DNA of 64,000 bases. Source: Chthoniobacteraceae bacterium (GTDB lineage: Bacteria; Verrucomicrobiota; Verrucomicrobiia; Chthoniobacterales; Chthoniobacteraceae). This document shows positions 9,843 to 20,276 of the stretch, one piece after another. How positions within the stretch are numbered: the stretch's first letter is position 1; each line of letters starts with the position of its first letter. The notes below the pieces were generated by a model, which saw only the letters and a list, made by a program, of their open reading frames with translations, was not told where the DNA came from and searched no databases. The stretch is from contig JBBCKI010000050.1 of NCBI GenBank assembly GCA_037190965.1, forward strand, positions 1 through 64,000, read 5' to 3'. Made by a program: the position numbers and the translations under genes.

Positions 9843-12167
9843 ATGAAGCCGGTACTTCCATCCCTTATCCTCTTTGCATTCTTCCCCACTATCTTCCCCG
9901 CGTCTGCCAATGTTAGTTTGGTTGAAGACGGCAAATCCCTAACAGCTATTTATGTCCCTTCCCGCGTGATGGAAGCGGATCAGGACCTCGCCAAAATTCC
10001 GGCGCTTTCGCCACAACGGTCTAGTGAACTCAATCGTCAGCGTCTGCGAGATTCGGTCAATGATTTGAAGAAGTATCTCGGCCAGATATCAGGCGCCGAG
10101 ATTGAAATCGTCTCTGGAGAGACCGCTGCCTTGCATGGGAAGACTGTCATCTTTATCGGTGAGTTGGCGGAAAGGAGATTCGGACCGGTGGGAAAATCCA
10201 CTCCCGGCGAGCAGGCGTTTCGGTACGTTGTCAACCCAAGCGGAATCGGCCTTTATGGCGAGTCAGACCTCGCTTCGAGCTATGCCATTTACGAGTTGCT
10301 CGATCGGCTCGGCTGCCGCTGGTACCTGCCCGGCGATTTGGGAGAAGTAATCCCGGACGCAAAATCCATTCATCTTGACGATACGGACCTCGCCCTGGGA
10401 CCAGGAACCCTGACGCGGGAAATCTGGCACGCCGATAATGCCTACCGTCGCCGCAACCGCCTGGGAGGAATGACGCTGGCAACCCATCACGCGCTGGAAG
10501 GATATCTGACAATGGAAGATCGCGCCCAACATCCGGATTATCGGGCCGAGTACAATGGAGAGCCATTGAAGCGCAGGCTCAAGTGGAGCAATCCCAGAGT
10601 AGTGAAAGCTGTTGCTGACAAAATCGAGGCAGACCTGGACAAGATTCCCCGTGCATCGATATCGCTATCGCCGGAGGATGGAGCCACTTTTGACAACTCA
10701 GAAGAGGAACGTCGCATGGACGCAGGAGATTTCGATTCCACCTTCCAGGAAGTTGCGATTACCGACCGATTGCTGGCGTTCTCCAATCAGATTGTTGAGC
10801 GCGTCACGAAGAAACATCCCGACGTGCTCTTTGGCTTGCTGGCGTACGTGCAATATACCCGGCCACCCCTTAGAGAAAGGCCGCATCCCAATCTGATCCC
10901 GCAGATCGCGCCGATCACCTATGATCGCGCACATCCGATCACGGATCAGGCCGCTCCCGGCAATAAGGAACTGGCCGCGATCCTCAAGGGATGGGCCAAA
11001 GTCGCACCGCGAATCTCCTATTATCCGTATGCCTATTTCCTCGCGGAGCTCTCCGCGCCATATCCGCTGATTAGGAAGTGGAGCAAGGATCTGCCGCTAT
11101 TCTACGAGAACAATTGTGTCTTCTGGCAGCCGGAGACTACCACCAATTTTGAAACCACGCTTCACGGTCTCTATCTTGGAAACCGCCTGGCATGGAACCC
11201 TAAACAAAAGCCTGAAGACATCATCAACGAGCTCAATGAGCGCTTCTACGGCCACGCAGGCCGGGAGATGGCGGCATACTGGGACTATATCGATCGCGTA
11301 TGGGTCGACACGCCGGAGTACACCGGCGGGGACTTCGGTTATCTGCTCCGCTTTACTCCGGAGGTCATGAAGAAGGCCCGCGAGCTGATGAACGCGGGGG
11401 TTGCTGCCTGCCGTTCTCCGATGGAATCCGAGAGGGTGGAGTTGGCAAACGCCTCCTTGCGCCAGTTCGAGAGCTACATGAAGTTGCGGGAAGACTATAG
11501 CGCCGGGAGATTTGTCAATCTGGCCACAGACAATGCGAATTACCGGCAGACCGCGCTTTCTCTTGCTAAGAAGTATAAACCCAATTTCGCCTTCTCCGCC
11601 GTTAGCTGGGCAAAAGATACGCACGCATTGGCGATGCACGATCTTTTCAAAGGGCCTAGTTACGAAGATGCTTCGCGCATTGCCAAGCAATTCGAGATTA
11701 TCACTCCCAAGCCGTTGACTTTCAAGTTCTGCGCCGATCGGAATCGCGAAAGCGGCAAACTAGGATGGCACCAGACCGCGTTCGATGATTCGGCTTGGAA
11801 GGAGACGAATCCCGCAGTTGAGACGTGGTCTTCGATCGGTCTCCACAGTTATTTCGGTTCCGTCGGCTATCGGACATCTCTCAACCTCCCGGTCACGGCA
11901 GCGGGTAAGAAGATCTTTCTCTGGTTTGGAGGCACCGACGGCACTGTCGAGGTGTTCGTCAATGGCAAACCAATCCAGTATATTGACTTGAAGACAGGTA
12001 AGGAGGTCGTTTTCTCGGGCTTCTGCCAGCCTGTCTCGTTCGATATCACCGAAGCGGTCAAAGGCGGGGAACAGAACATCGTGTTCGTTCGTTGCAACCG
12101 GGACTTCCTGAATGAAGTCGGCACCGGCGGACTGTTGGGGCCTGTGGTGATTTACCGAGAAAAATGA
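9843..12167 (+). CDS. Secreted DUF4838 domain protein with a C-terminal GH2-like sugar-binding beta-sandwich
   Basis: Signal peptide; YAIYELLDRLGCRWYLPG, ISLSPEDG, LAYVQYTRPP and LAWNP motifs; C-terminal LWFGGTDGTVEVFVNGK. Confidence 0.8.
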   Translation: MKPVLPSLILFAFFPTIFPASANVSLVEDGKSLTAIYVPSRVMEADQDLAKIPALSPQRSSELNRQRLRDSVNDLKKYLGQISGAEIEIVSGETAALHGKTVIFIGELAERRFGPVGKSTPGEQAFRYVVNPSGIGLYGESDLASSYAIYELLDRLGCRWYLPGDLGEVIPDAKSIHLDDTDLALGPGTLTREIWHADNAYRRRNRLGGMTLATHHALEGYLTMEDRAQHPDYRAEYNGEPLKRRLKWSNPRVVKAVADKIEADLDKIPRASISLSPEDGATFDNSEEERRMDAGDFDSTFQEVAITDRLLAFSNQIVERVTKKHPDVLFGLLAYVQYTRPPLRERPHPNLIPQIAPITYDRAHPITDQAAPGNKELAAILKGWAKVAPRISYYPYAYFLAELSAPYPLIRKWSKDLPLFYENNCVFWQPETTTNFETTLHGLYLGNRLAWNPKQKPEDIINELNERFYGHAGREMAAYWDYIDRVWVDTPEYTGGDFGYLLRFTPEVMKKARELMNAGVAACRSPMESERVELANASLRQFESYMKLREDYSAGRFVNLATDNANYRQTALSLAKKYKPNFAFSAVSWAKDTHALAMHDLFKGPSYEDASRIAKQFEIITPKPLTFKFCADRNRESGKLGWHQTAFDDSAWKETNPAVETWSSIGLHSYFGSVGYRTSLNLPVTAAGKKIFLWFGGTDGTVEVFVNGKPIQYIDLKTGKEVVFSGFCQPVSFDITEAVKGGEQNIVFVRCNRDFLNEVGTGGLLGPVVIYREK

Positions 12168-12412
12168 TCTGCGGGTTCTCCAGGATAAGGATTGTCAGGT
12201 CGATCGGCTGGGGCAGTCCGGGCCGCGGCGGCTCCTCGCAACGGCCCTCCTGGGACCGTTCGGCGGCAATTTCCCCTCTTGCGTGCGGTGAAAAGCAGCT
12301 AAATTCCATCAACAAATCCTCTCACCCTTTCCGTTCTCCGGCATTGCTTACAGGATCAACATCGCTGCGTATCGACTTGCGTGACGACTATGTCACACCG
12401 CTTTCAAGAAAC

Positions 12413-13459
12413 ATGCAAGGCCCCTCCCATGCAAAAGTCGTCAGCGAGCGGAAGCGCCCCTCCAAAAAGTTGGGCCTCTTTGCCAAACGATTGCTCTCGG
12501 GAGATGCCGGAAGAAGCAGTGGCTTTACGTTATTGGAACTGCTGGTTTCCATGGCGTTGGTTGTGATCGTCGCCGGCCTGAGCTTCTCCATAATGGCTGC
12601 GATCACCTCCGCATGGAGGGCCCACAAAACACGGGTTGGCGCTTTTGGAGACGCTCGCGTGGTATTCGAGACGCTGACCAATCGGCTGAGCCAGGCGACC
12701 TTGAATACCTACTGGGATTACGATAATCGAGGTGCACCGACACGGTATCTCCGGAAATCGGAGCTGCACTTCGTCCAGGGCCAGGCATCCTCGCTTATTC
12801 CCAATCTTTCCAACGCCGTCGGGCAGTGTGTATTCTTCTGTGCCCCTCTTGGTGTGAATGAAAGCGAGACGTCCCGGCCTCTTTTCAAGATGCTTTCAGC
12901 CTGCGGTTTTTACGTCCGCTTTGGAGTGGATCGAAATCGGCCTTTGTTCGTCGACCAAAGGCTTGCACATCGCTACCGCTTCCGGCTCTACCAATTTTTG
13001 GAACCGGGTGAGCGGCTGCGCATCTATGAAGCCGGCGTGCAGGGAACTTGGTACTCGGACGATCTTGCGGACTGGTCCTTCCCGATGGCTGAGAACGTTA
13101 TAGGATTGATCTTGCGCGTTCGCTATCCTGATGGAAGCGGAAACACGGAGACCTATAATTACAATTCGCGCGACGGGGTTGGATCGAATTCCCCTCCCAT
13201 CACGATGCACCAGCTGCCCCCTGTCATCTCCGTGACGCTCGTGGTGATCGACGAAAATACGGCCCTACGGCTTGCCGATAAATATGGAGACGCCATGCCT
13301 CCCATTCTGCCACCCACAAACGCCTTCACCTCCGACGGTCGGTATGAAGATGACCTCTCGGAATGGGAAGATAAGTTGAAACTCTTCACTACAAAAATCG
13401 ACTACAGAATCCTCACCGCAGAGGTCTACTTGCGGGGAACGAAGTGGAGTAGCCAATGA
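12413..13459 (+). CDS. Verru_Chthon cassette protein C (prepilin-type N-terminus, GspJ/PilW-like)
   Basis: G|FTLLELLVSM cleavage motif; LSQATLNTYWDY, YLRKSELHF and HQLPPVISVTLVVIDE; start uncertain (ORF open from 12164). Confidence 0.88.
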   Translation: MQGPSHAKVVSERKRPSKKLGLFAKRLLSGDAGRSSGFTLLELLVSMALVVIVAGLSFSIMAAITSAWRAHKTRVGAFGDARVVFETLTNRLSQATLNTYWDYDNRGAPTRYLRKSELHFVQGQASSLIPNLSNAVGQCVFFCAPLGVNESETSRPLFKMLSACGFYVRFGVDRNRPLFVDQRLAHRYRFRLYQFLEPGERLRIYEAGVQGTWYSDDLADWSFPMAENVIGLILRVRYPDGSGNTETYNYNSRDGVGSNSPPITMHQLPPVISVTLVVIDENTALRLADKYGDAMPPILPPTNAFTSDGRYEDDLSEWEDKLKLFTTKIDYRILTAEVYLRGTKWSSQ

Positions 13460-13478
13460 TATCTCAGTTCCCGTATCC

Positions 13479-13952
13479 ATGAATACAAAAAGGTTTTTAG
13501 CTGAGGAGTTTGAAACGCGGCTATCTCCCACCTGCCGAAATGAGGACGCGTTTTCATTGGTCGAAGTCGCCTTCGCCATCGCCATTTTGAGTTTTTCGCT
13601 GATGGCGATGATGAGTCTCGTTCCTGTGGCACTTAAGGCATCGAGAGACTCGATCGATAAAAACCTCGAAATTGAAATATTACAGGTGGTTCGCGCCAGT
13701 CTTCTGAATTCTCCTTACAGTAGCTTGGCTGACAGTGGCAGCTTTTTTTTTGATGCCGACGCCTCCCTGCTAGGCACCACGGAGCAAACGGAGGAAGTGC
13801 GCTTCAAGGTCGACTATGTTAATGAGGAATCGACAAATTTTCCGGCGGCGCAAACGGCTCTCGGTCTTAGAACATCCCGTCTACGGATCGAAAATGTGCT
13901 CACGAAACAGGTCCGGCAAGCTTCCCTGCATCTGCCTGATAATGGACTATGA
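13479..13952 (+). CDS. Verru_Chthon cassette protein B (GspI/PilV-like)
   Basis: A|FSLVEVAFAIAILSFSLMAMMSLVPVAL; short body with FFFDAD. Confidence 0.85.
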   Translation: MNTKRFLAEEFETRLSPTCRNEDAFSLVEVAFAIAILSFSLMAMMSLVPVALKASRDSIDKNLEIEILQVVRASLLNSPYSSLADSGSFFFDADASLLGTTEQTEEVRFKVDYVNEESTNFPAAQTALGLRTSRLRIENVLTKQVRQASLHLPDNGL

Positions 13953-14587
13953 GAGTTCTCCAGCCTGGCGATCACAGGATAGGTGAAGGGACGGTCCAAC
14001 CGTTACCCGCTCGCTCGGGATTTACGTTGCTCGAGATGCTCGTGGCGATTTCGATTATCATCATTCTGATCACCCTCGCCGTTAGAGGTATGGGAAACGT
14101 CCTTGATGGGAGACGCATGGAGGAAGCCGGTCGGATTGCCCTGGACGAGATTAATCTTGCAAGGCAACTCGCCGCCTCTCGGAACCTGAATGTCGAAGTT
14201 CGCTTTATAAAAAAGCCACGTAGCACGGCGGCGTCCGCAACGTACCACGCTCTGCAAAGGGGAATGATCGAAAAGGATGGAACCTTTACGCCGATAACGG
14301 GGATTACCGCCCTGCCTGACGGAATTATCTTTGCGCCAGAGGGCTATCTTTCCTCGATGATCGACGCTCTCCCAAAGCGGAACGATAGCTCGGGATACAC
14401 CTATACCTCGGTAGTCATCCGACCGACCGGCATGATCGAGCCACAGCCCGGACTGGCCTTGAATGTTCCCTGGTTTGTTACGGCGATTTATGAAAAGGAC
14501 ATCGGAAAAGGCGAAGAGAACATTTCCAATTTCGTGACTCTCCAAATCGACCCCTGGACTTCCCGTCCCGTCCTGTATCGCCCCTGA
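13949..14587 (+). CDS. Verru_Chthon cassette protein D (GspH/FimT-like)
   Basis: G|FTLLEMLVAI; LARQLAASRNLNVEVRF; C-terminal NFVTLQIDPWTSR..YRP; overlaps B by ATGA. Confidence 0.88.
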   Translation: MRVLQPGDHRIGEGTVQPLPARSGFTLLEMLVAISIIIILITLAVRGMGNVLDGRRMEEAGRIALDEINLARQLAASRNLNVEVRFIKKPRSTAASATYHALQRGMIEKDGTFTPITGITALPDGIIFAPEGYLSSMIDALPKRNDSSGYTYTSVVIRPTGMIEPQPGLALNVPWFVTAIYEKDIGKGEENISNFVTLQIDPWTSRPVLYRP

Positions 14588-14597
14588 TGCTTCTCCC

Positions 14598-17500
14598 ATG
14601 ACAGCCATACCCAATTTTTTACGCCCGGCCAGACGCCGCCGAGGAGCGGCGCTGATCATCGTCTTGAGTATTATCTTCCTCGCTTCGGCGCTTGTCGTGG
14701 CTTTCATGATGTCGGTTCGCAATGACCTCACCAGCGTCGTCTACTACAAAGCGGGAAAAGAGGCGTTCGGACTGGGAGAAACGGCTCCCAGCATCGTGAT
14801 GAGCCAAATCCGTGAGGCGACCCTCTCCGGGATCGACTCCGACGGCTTGGGAACCCATGCATGGGCGAGTCAACCTGGAGCGATCCGAGTCTGGGATGAC
14901 CAGCGCAACCTCGTTCAGATTTACAAGCTCTACTCCGCCGCCCAAATGAAGGAGACGAACATGGATTTCCTGGAGACCGAGATTCCCACGGATTGGGCCC
15001 AAAGGCCCAATGAATTCGTCAATTTAAACGAACCGGTGGCTAGTACCAGCGGGAGCAATGTATTCTGGCACTATCCGATTCTTCGCCCGGACGCCCTGGG
15101 AAATATTCCCGGACTCACTTCCTCCCAGACGGTTCCGCAGGGTTCTGTCGTCGGCGACCCACGGGTTTGTATGCCGGTTCGCTGGCTCTACGTAAGCAGC
15201 GATGGCAACTTGAGCGAGAGCATCCAGAGCGATTCGGTGGGACGCATTGCATTCTGGACCGACGATGAGACGTGCAAGGTAAATATCAATACCGCCTCCG
15301 CAACGGCTTCGAACACCAATGTGGAGAACTTTCCGCCATCAGGATCCGCCGCAGGCGCAGAGAACAAGCTGGGCTACAGTTACTGGAATATTCCCTACGG
15401 TGCGCTAACAGAGGACTACAACCTCGCTCGCGTGGGTCTTAGCGAGGGCGAGTTCCAGCGATACGGCGGGCATCCCGCCACTGTCAACCTGTTAACGGTG
15501 CTGGCAGGCACAGCATTTGACGCGCTGCCTGAGTCGGGCAAAAAGCAAACGCTTAAGAACGTGTTTTCTCTCTTTCCCGCTTATCGTTGGGGCGGATCTG
15601 AGAATAACCGGATCCCCTGGAGCTTGGATAGCGTCAAAATTTCGCTTACCGGGTCCAACCAAAAAAGCGAACGCCTCTACGCATCCGTCGATGAGCTTCG
15701 GTTCAAGGCAAGTTTCTCCGGCAACCATCGCGAAAAGAATACGCTGCCCGCCGGTACGGGCGATGAAGAAACCCGCTTGAGCGCTTGGCGCTTCCTTTTG
15801 ACAGCATCGAGCCGCGCGCCGGACCTCAATCTCTTCGGTCAGCCTCGAGTCGCCATTTGGCCTCTCAGCATTGAGGATAATGAACTTCACCGCACTCCGC
15901 AAGATACCCTTATTGCGTTTTGCTCAACCTATGGATCTTCAGCCGTCGCGGCAAAGAAGACCTACTATTTTACCCGCAAGGATCCCCTGAGCCAAACGGT
16001 GGACTGGGCGGAAATTCCGAGGAATCGAGCGCTTTTTGCTTATCTGCAACGGTTGACCTCACGAGACATTCCAGGTTTTGGCGGCAACTTTCTTGGCAAA
16101 TATGACAGCGGAGACGGGGTCGCTGGAGAACGCGACCAGATTCTCACGGAAATCTTCGATTACATCCGTTGCGTAAACCTCAACGAGGCCTCCAGGTCCA
16201 AACCAGCGGGATTCGTGAGCTACACTCCAACCGTTGACCCTCCGGACAGTGCAATCGTCAACATCAATGCATACTACAGTTGGAGCCTTGCTAATTATAT
16301 GAACTTCCGCGGTGCCGGTATGGTGCTGCCGATCTTGATCAACCAGGGAGGGATCACGACTCGCGGCGCAGGGCGTGTCCCGACGCTTTCGGAGGTTGGC
16401 TTGTTTGCCATGCAAGCCGCAAAGCCCACACCTCCCACCGAGCCGAGCGGAAAACTTCAGACGGCTTTATTTTTCGAAACCTTTTCGCCGATGCAAGGGT
16501 ACATGCCCTGGACGCCGCTCGATTTCCAACTTTCCGTGCAAACTGCAATGACGGTGGCGGGGGAACCCGTCTTTTTGAATGCCGATGCAGGAGCGAGCAC
16601 GACGCCATTTAACCGAACGATGACATCCCCCACGGGGCCTGATTATGGCAATCAACCTATTGGAGGAACCGATGGATTCGCCTGGATAACCGGAAGCAAC
16701 CTGAACACCTATCCCTTTGGAAGAAACGAAGCAAAGACCATCCCTGTTTCTATACCCCCATCGGGCGGATCATCCCCCGGAGTGGCAGTTTCACAAGCCG
16801 ACGTCATTATCGATTTGAAGATGGCCGGAGTTCTTTATCAGCATTGCGAAGTGGAATTTCCGGCAGCCAATCTTCCGATTCCCGACCCGTCGACGAAAAT
16901 GTATTTATCGAACCGCCGCACCATCGGGGGCATAAACTTCGAAAAGGAAGACGTGGTGCACAGCATTGTGCCGAAGGACGGTGACTACCGAATCATGTCC
17001 TACCTCCAGGATGTGCCCAAGGGCTTTTTCCGCAAGCATCCCGATTACGGAACAAGCAAGCATTTCGCCCATAGCTTTCGTTCACGCAGAAACTGGGGCC
17101 AGAAGGGTTCGACAATCAACGATGGAACCACCAACGGGGCGTTTACTTCAATCGCCCATACCGATGTCGATCTGGGATCAAGCGGTTATAATGCCTTCTG
17201 GACCGATCGACCCGATATCCCTCCTGATATTACCGACCTTATCGCCAAGGGCTGGACAGGCGATTGGAACAACGGAACCGGCGACTTTCCTGACGGCGCC
17301 TATCTAGGTAAACCCGACGACGGAATACGCAACGTCATTGCGTCGGGGCTTTACATTGGCACCGAGTTTAACTGGTACACAGGTGCGGGCTTCTTTTCCC
17401 CGACAGTCAAGATGCCCTCTGCGGTGATGTTTGGCTCTCTGCCGACTGGAGTGAAGCGGACGGAAGCCGCCTATCGGTCTGGCAACGACGCAAACGCCGC

Positions 17501-18257
17501 TCCATGGCGAACTTTGCTTTTCTGTAAAAATCCCGCGGCGGGAAATGCACACTATGGAGCCACTTCACCGCATGACAGTTTGCTCCTTGACCTTTTCACG
17601 ATGCCGGTCGTGGAGCCGTACGCAATCAGTGAGCCCTCCTCGACTGCAGGCCGCATCAACATGAACTACCAGATGCTTCCTTTTACTAATATTGAACGTT
17701 CCACCGCCCTTCATGCCCTGCTGAGCTCACAACGGATCACTGCCTATCCCGACTCTATTGCGGCCCTCCGGGGTGGACACCCTGACCCTGCTGTTATGGG
17801 CTCGATTCAGCAGAACACTACAAGAATCTATCATCCCATCGACATTGCCGAAACACTCAAACAGTTTTCGGACCGCTTTGCACAGGGTGAGCTTTTCCGT
17901 AGTCCGGCCGAAATGTGTTCACTCTGGCTCGTGCCCAATGGTGTCAACCTCTCCGGGACTCCCGCTTGGTGGACCTCGCATCGCGCCACTGGGAAAAATC
18001 TCAGGGAGCGCCCTTACGCGACGATCTATCCACTACTAACGACCAAATCAAACACCTACAGTGTTCACGTATGGGCTCAATCTTTGGTGCGGGGAACCAC
18101 GAAGGTGACTGGAGAATACCGGGGCTCCACAATGATCGAACGCTATATCGACCCAATGGACGAACGCCTTGGTGACACTTCATATGATCCGGATACCCAT
18201 TCCCTCGAGCCCCTTTACCGCTTTCGGGTATTGGAGGTAAAACGCTTTGCACCCTAG
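14598..18257 (+). CDS. Verru_Chthon cassette protein A (large GspK/PilX-like, 1219 aa)
   Basis: RRRG|AALIIVL with no Glu5; WASQPGAI, GRIAFWTDDETCKVNINTA, DLNLFGQPRVAIWP, EPYAISEP.STAGRINMNYQ and ERPYATIYPLLTTKSNTY blocks. Confidence 0.92.
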   Translation: MTAIPNFLRPARRRRGAALIIVLSIIFLASALVVAFMMSVRNDLTSVVYYKAGKEAFGLGETAPSIVMSQIREATLSGIDSDGLGTHAWASQPGAIRVWDDQRNLVQIYKLYSAAQMKETNMDFLETEIPTDWAQRPNEFVNLNEPVASTSGSNVFWHYPILRPDALGNIPGLTSSQTVPQGSVVGDPRVCMPVRWLYVSSDGNLSESIQSDSVGRIAFWTDDETCKVNINTASATASNTNVENFPPSGSAAGAENKLGYSYWNIPYGALTEDYNLARVGLSEGEFQRYGGHPATVNLLTVLAGTAFDALPESGKKQTLKNVFSLFPAYRWGGSENNRIPWSLDSVKISLTGSNQKSERLYASVDELRFKASFSGNHREKNTLPAGTGDEETRLSAWRFLLTASSRAPDLNLFGQPRVAIWPLSIEDNELHRTPQDTLIAFCSTYGSSAVAAKKTYYFTRKDPLSQTVDWAEIPRNRALFAYLQRLTSRDIPGFGGNFLGKYDSGDGVAGERDQILTEIFDYIRCVNLNEASRSKPAGFVSYTPTVDPPDSAIVNINAYYSWSLANYMNFRGAGMVLPILINQGGITTRGAGRVPTLSEVGLFAMQAAKPTPPTEPSGKLQTALFFETFSPMQGYMPWTPLDFQLSVQTAMTVAGEPVFLNADAGASTTPFNRTMTSPTGPDYGNQPIGGTDGFAWITGSNLNTYPFGRNEAKTIPVSIPPSGGSSPGVAVSQADVIIDLKMAGVLYQHCEVEFPAANLPIPDPSTKMYLSNRRTIGGINFEKEDVVHSIVPKDGDYRIMSYLQDVPKGFFRKHPDYGTSKHFAHSFRSRRNWGQKGSTINDGTTNGAFTSIAHTDVDLGSSGYNAFWTDRPDIPPDITDLIAKGWTGDWNNGTGDFPDGAYLGKPDDGIRNVIASGLYIGTEFNWYTGAGFFSPTVKMPSAVMFGSLPTGVKRTEAAYRSGNDANAAPWRTLLFCKNPAAGNAHYGATSPHDSLLLDLFTMPVVEPYAISEPSSTAGRINMNYQMLPFTNIERSTALHALLSSQRITAYPDSIAALRGGHPDPAVMGSIQQNTTRIYHPIDIAETLKQFSDRFAQGELFRSPAEMCSLWLVPNGVNLSGTPAWWTSHRATGKNLRERPYATIYPLLTTKSNTYSVHVWAQSLVRGTTKVTGEYRGSTMIERYIDPMDERLGDTSYDPDTHSLEPLYRFRVLEVKRFAP

Positions 18258-18275
18258 CCTGAAAGCGGTGTCCTA

Positions 18276-20276
18276 ATGAAGTATCATCTTAGATTTCAAA
18301 TCGTGCCCGGAGCGGATGTTGCCTCTCGGGCCAGTTCCCTAACCGCCTTTTGCCATAGATCCGGCGTGGAAGAGGTCGTATTATTCATTGCGGCGGAGGA
18401 ATGGAACAATGGATTGCTTTCCAAAAGCTCATGGGAAGAATGGAAAGCGTGTCTCCAATGCGCCAAGACTATCCTCGAAGGGTCGGGCTTAGCCGTCAGC
18501 CTCAATCCATGGATGACAATCCTGCATAGCGATCGGGGACGGCGCATGCCTTCCGAATTATCTCTGGAGCGGATGGTTTCGCCCAGCGGAGGGATCTCGA
18601 AAGCATGTGCTTCTTTCGGAGATGAGAAGTTTGTCACTTACATCCGGGAGATGTATCGCTCCTTCGCCGAACTCGGCTTCCGGGTCATATGGATCGAAGA
18701 TGATTTTCGTTATCACAACCACTATCCCCTCGATTGGGGCGGAGGTTTTGAAGACTGCATTCTCCAGGAGTTTTCCCGCAGGATAGGTCGCCCTGTCTCC
18801 CGGGAAGAAGTGGTGAAGAATATCCTCCTTCCGGGGCCTCCACACCCCTGGCGATCCCAATGGATGGAGCTTTGGTTTGATCTTCAGTGCGAAGTTGCAA
18901 AAGCGATGGCCGGCGCCGTGCGAGAGGGCGGCAAGGGACATTCAATTCTTGGTCTCATGTCGTCGTCGCCTTCCGCCCATAGCGTTGAGGGCAGGGACTG
19001 GAAACGTCTCTTCTCAGCACTGGAAATTAGTGGCCGACTTGTCCACCGGCCCAACTTCGCTCCGTACGAGGATACGCATTCACGTTTTCATTCGCTGTCT
19101 ATTCAGGCACTCGATCTTCAGAAGCGTTTCCGAAAGGATAGTTACGAAGTCGCCCCCGAAATTGAGAACATGCCATTCTCCAATTGGGCAAAGTCCGACC
19201 GACAAACCTGGATGGAGATGGCATTAACGGCTTTCTCAGGGGCGGATGCTGTGCTACTTGATCTCTTTTCATTCTGCGGCAACGACGTCGATGATGAGCC
19301 GCTCGTGGAAACATTGCTAATTCGTAGTCGGCCGGCGTTGGATTGGATCAGCAAAAGGTTTTCCAAAGACCTCAGAAGTGTAGGGGTTGAGGTCCTGTGG
19401 CGCGAAGACGCATCTCGCAAGGTCGAAACCAAGCAGGGTCGGAACATGCAGGAGCTGATCACCGATCCTTTTGCTGCCGGGCATTTCTTGCTCCGGTACG
19501 GCGTCCCTGTTTCACACGCTCATTCCCAAAAGGTGGCTGCGATCTTCGGCGACATCGCCTGGGCAATAGACGAGAGCGTGTTGCTGGCCCGACTGGACGG
19601 CGGTCTGCTTCTGGACGGTACCGCAGCTTGGATTTTGTATCGACGGGGATTTGGGGAAATGCTCGGCTTAAAGAATATCAGCATGATCTCGCGGGACAGT
19701 TCAAATTACTCCCTGGAGGCTTTTCGCGTTTCAATCGACCCATTCGGAGTCGGCCTAAAACTGAGTTGCAACTCCCAGCCTGGCATCGCCTCCGTCGAAC
19801 CTCAGAATGAAGCCATGGTGTGGAGCGACATTCTGCGTGCCGACGGGTCCCGGCTTTGTCCCGGTGCCTTGGGCTGGGATTTGCCGCAAGGGGGGCGCAT
19901 TGCGATACTGGCGGCAGCCAGCCCGAACATTCTTCCTCCATCTCATCCCCGGCAACTACTTACCCAAAGAATCATCCGTTATCTGGAAAAAGAAGAGCCG
20001 CGAATTATCGTAGCCATTGGCTCCCCCCATATTTACCCGATGCAGTTCGAGAACGGAGCAAATCGTTATTGGGTGCTCTTGAATGCGTCAACCGATCCCG
20101 CAATACCCGCCATCGACGGCTCTCTGCCGATAGATCCGACCATCAATCTCCTGAAGCCTTTGGAGTCTCCGGTCACATTGAAAAACGAGCTTCTTCCGTC
20201 GCCCTCGAAAGCGCGGATCTCGTGTCCGTTCGAGATTCCGCACATGGGCTTTGCCGTTTTTTCGTGGAGCATTTGA
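18276..20276 (+). CDS. Hypothetical glycoside hydrolase-like (TIM-barrel) protein
   Basis: 666 aa, 18 bp after cassette A; SLNPWMTILH, IWIEDDFRYHNH and APEIEN motifs; no signal peptide; function inferred. Confidence 0.55.
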   Translation: MKYHLRFQIVPGADVASRASSLTAFCHRSGVEEVVLFIAAEEWNNGLLSKSSWEEWKACLQCAKTILEGSGLAVSLNPWMTILHSDRGRRMPSELSLERMVSPSGGISKACASFGDEKFVTYIREMYRSFAELGFRVIWIEDDFRYHNHYPLDWGGGFEDCILQEFSRRIGRPVSREEVVKNILLPGPPHPWRSQWMELWFDLQCEVAKAMAGAVREGGKGHSILGLMSSSPSAHSVEGRDWKRLFSALEISGRLVHRPNFAPYEDTHSRFHSLSIQALDLQKRFRKDSYEVAPEIENMPFSNWAKSDRQTWMEMALTAFSGADAVLLDLFSFCGNDVDDEPLVETLLIRSRPALDWISKRFSKDLRSVGVEVLWREDASRKVETKQGRNMQELITDPFAAGHFLLRYGVPVSHAHSQKVAAIFGDIAWAIDESVLLARLDGGLLLDGTAAWILYRRGFGEMLGLKNISMISRDSSNYSLEAFRVSIDPFGVGLKLSCNSQPGIASVEPQNEAMVWSDILRADGSRLCPGALGWDLPQGGRIAILAAASPNILPPSHPRQLLTQRIIRYLEKEEPRIIVAIGSPHIYPMQFENGANRYWVLLNASTDPAIPAIDGSLPIDPTINLLKPLESPVTLKNELLPSPSKARISCPFEIPHMGFAVFSWSI

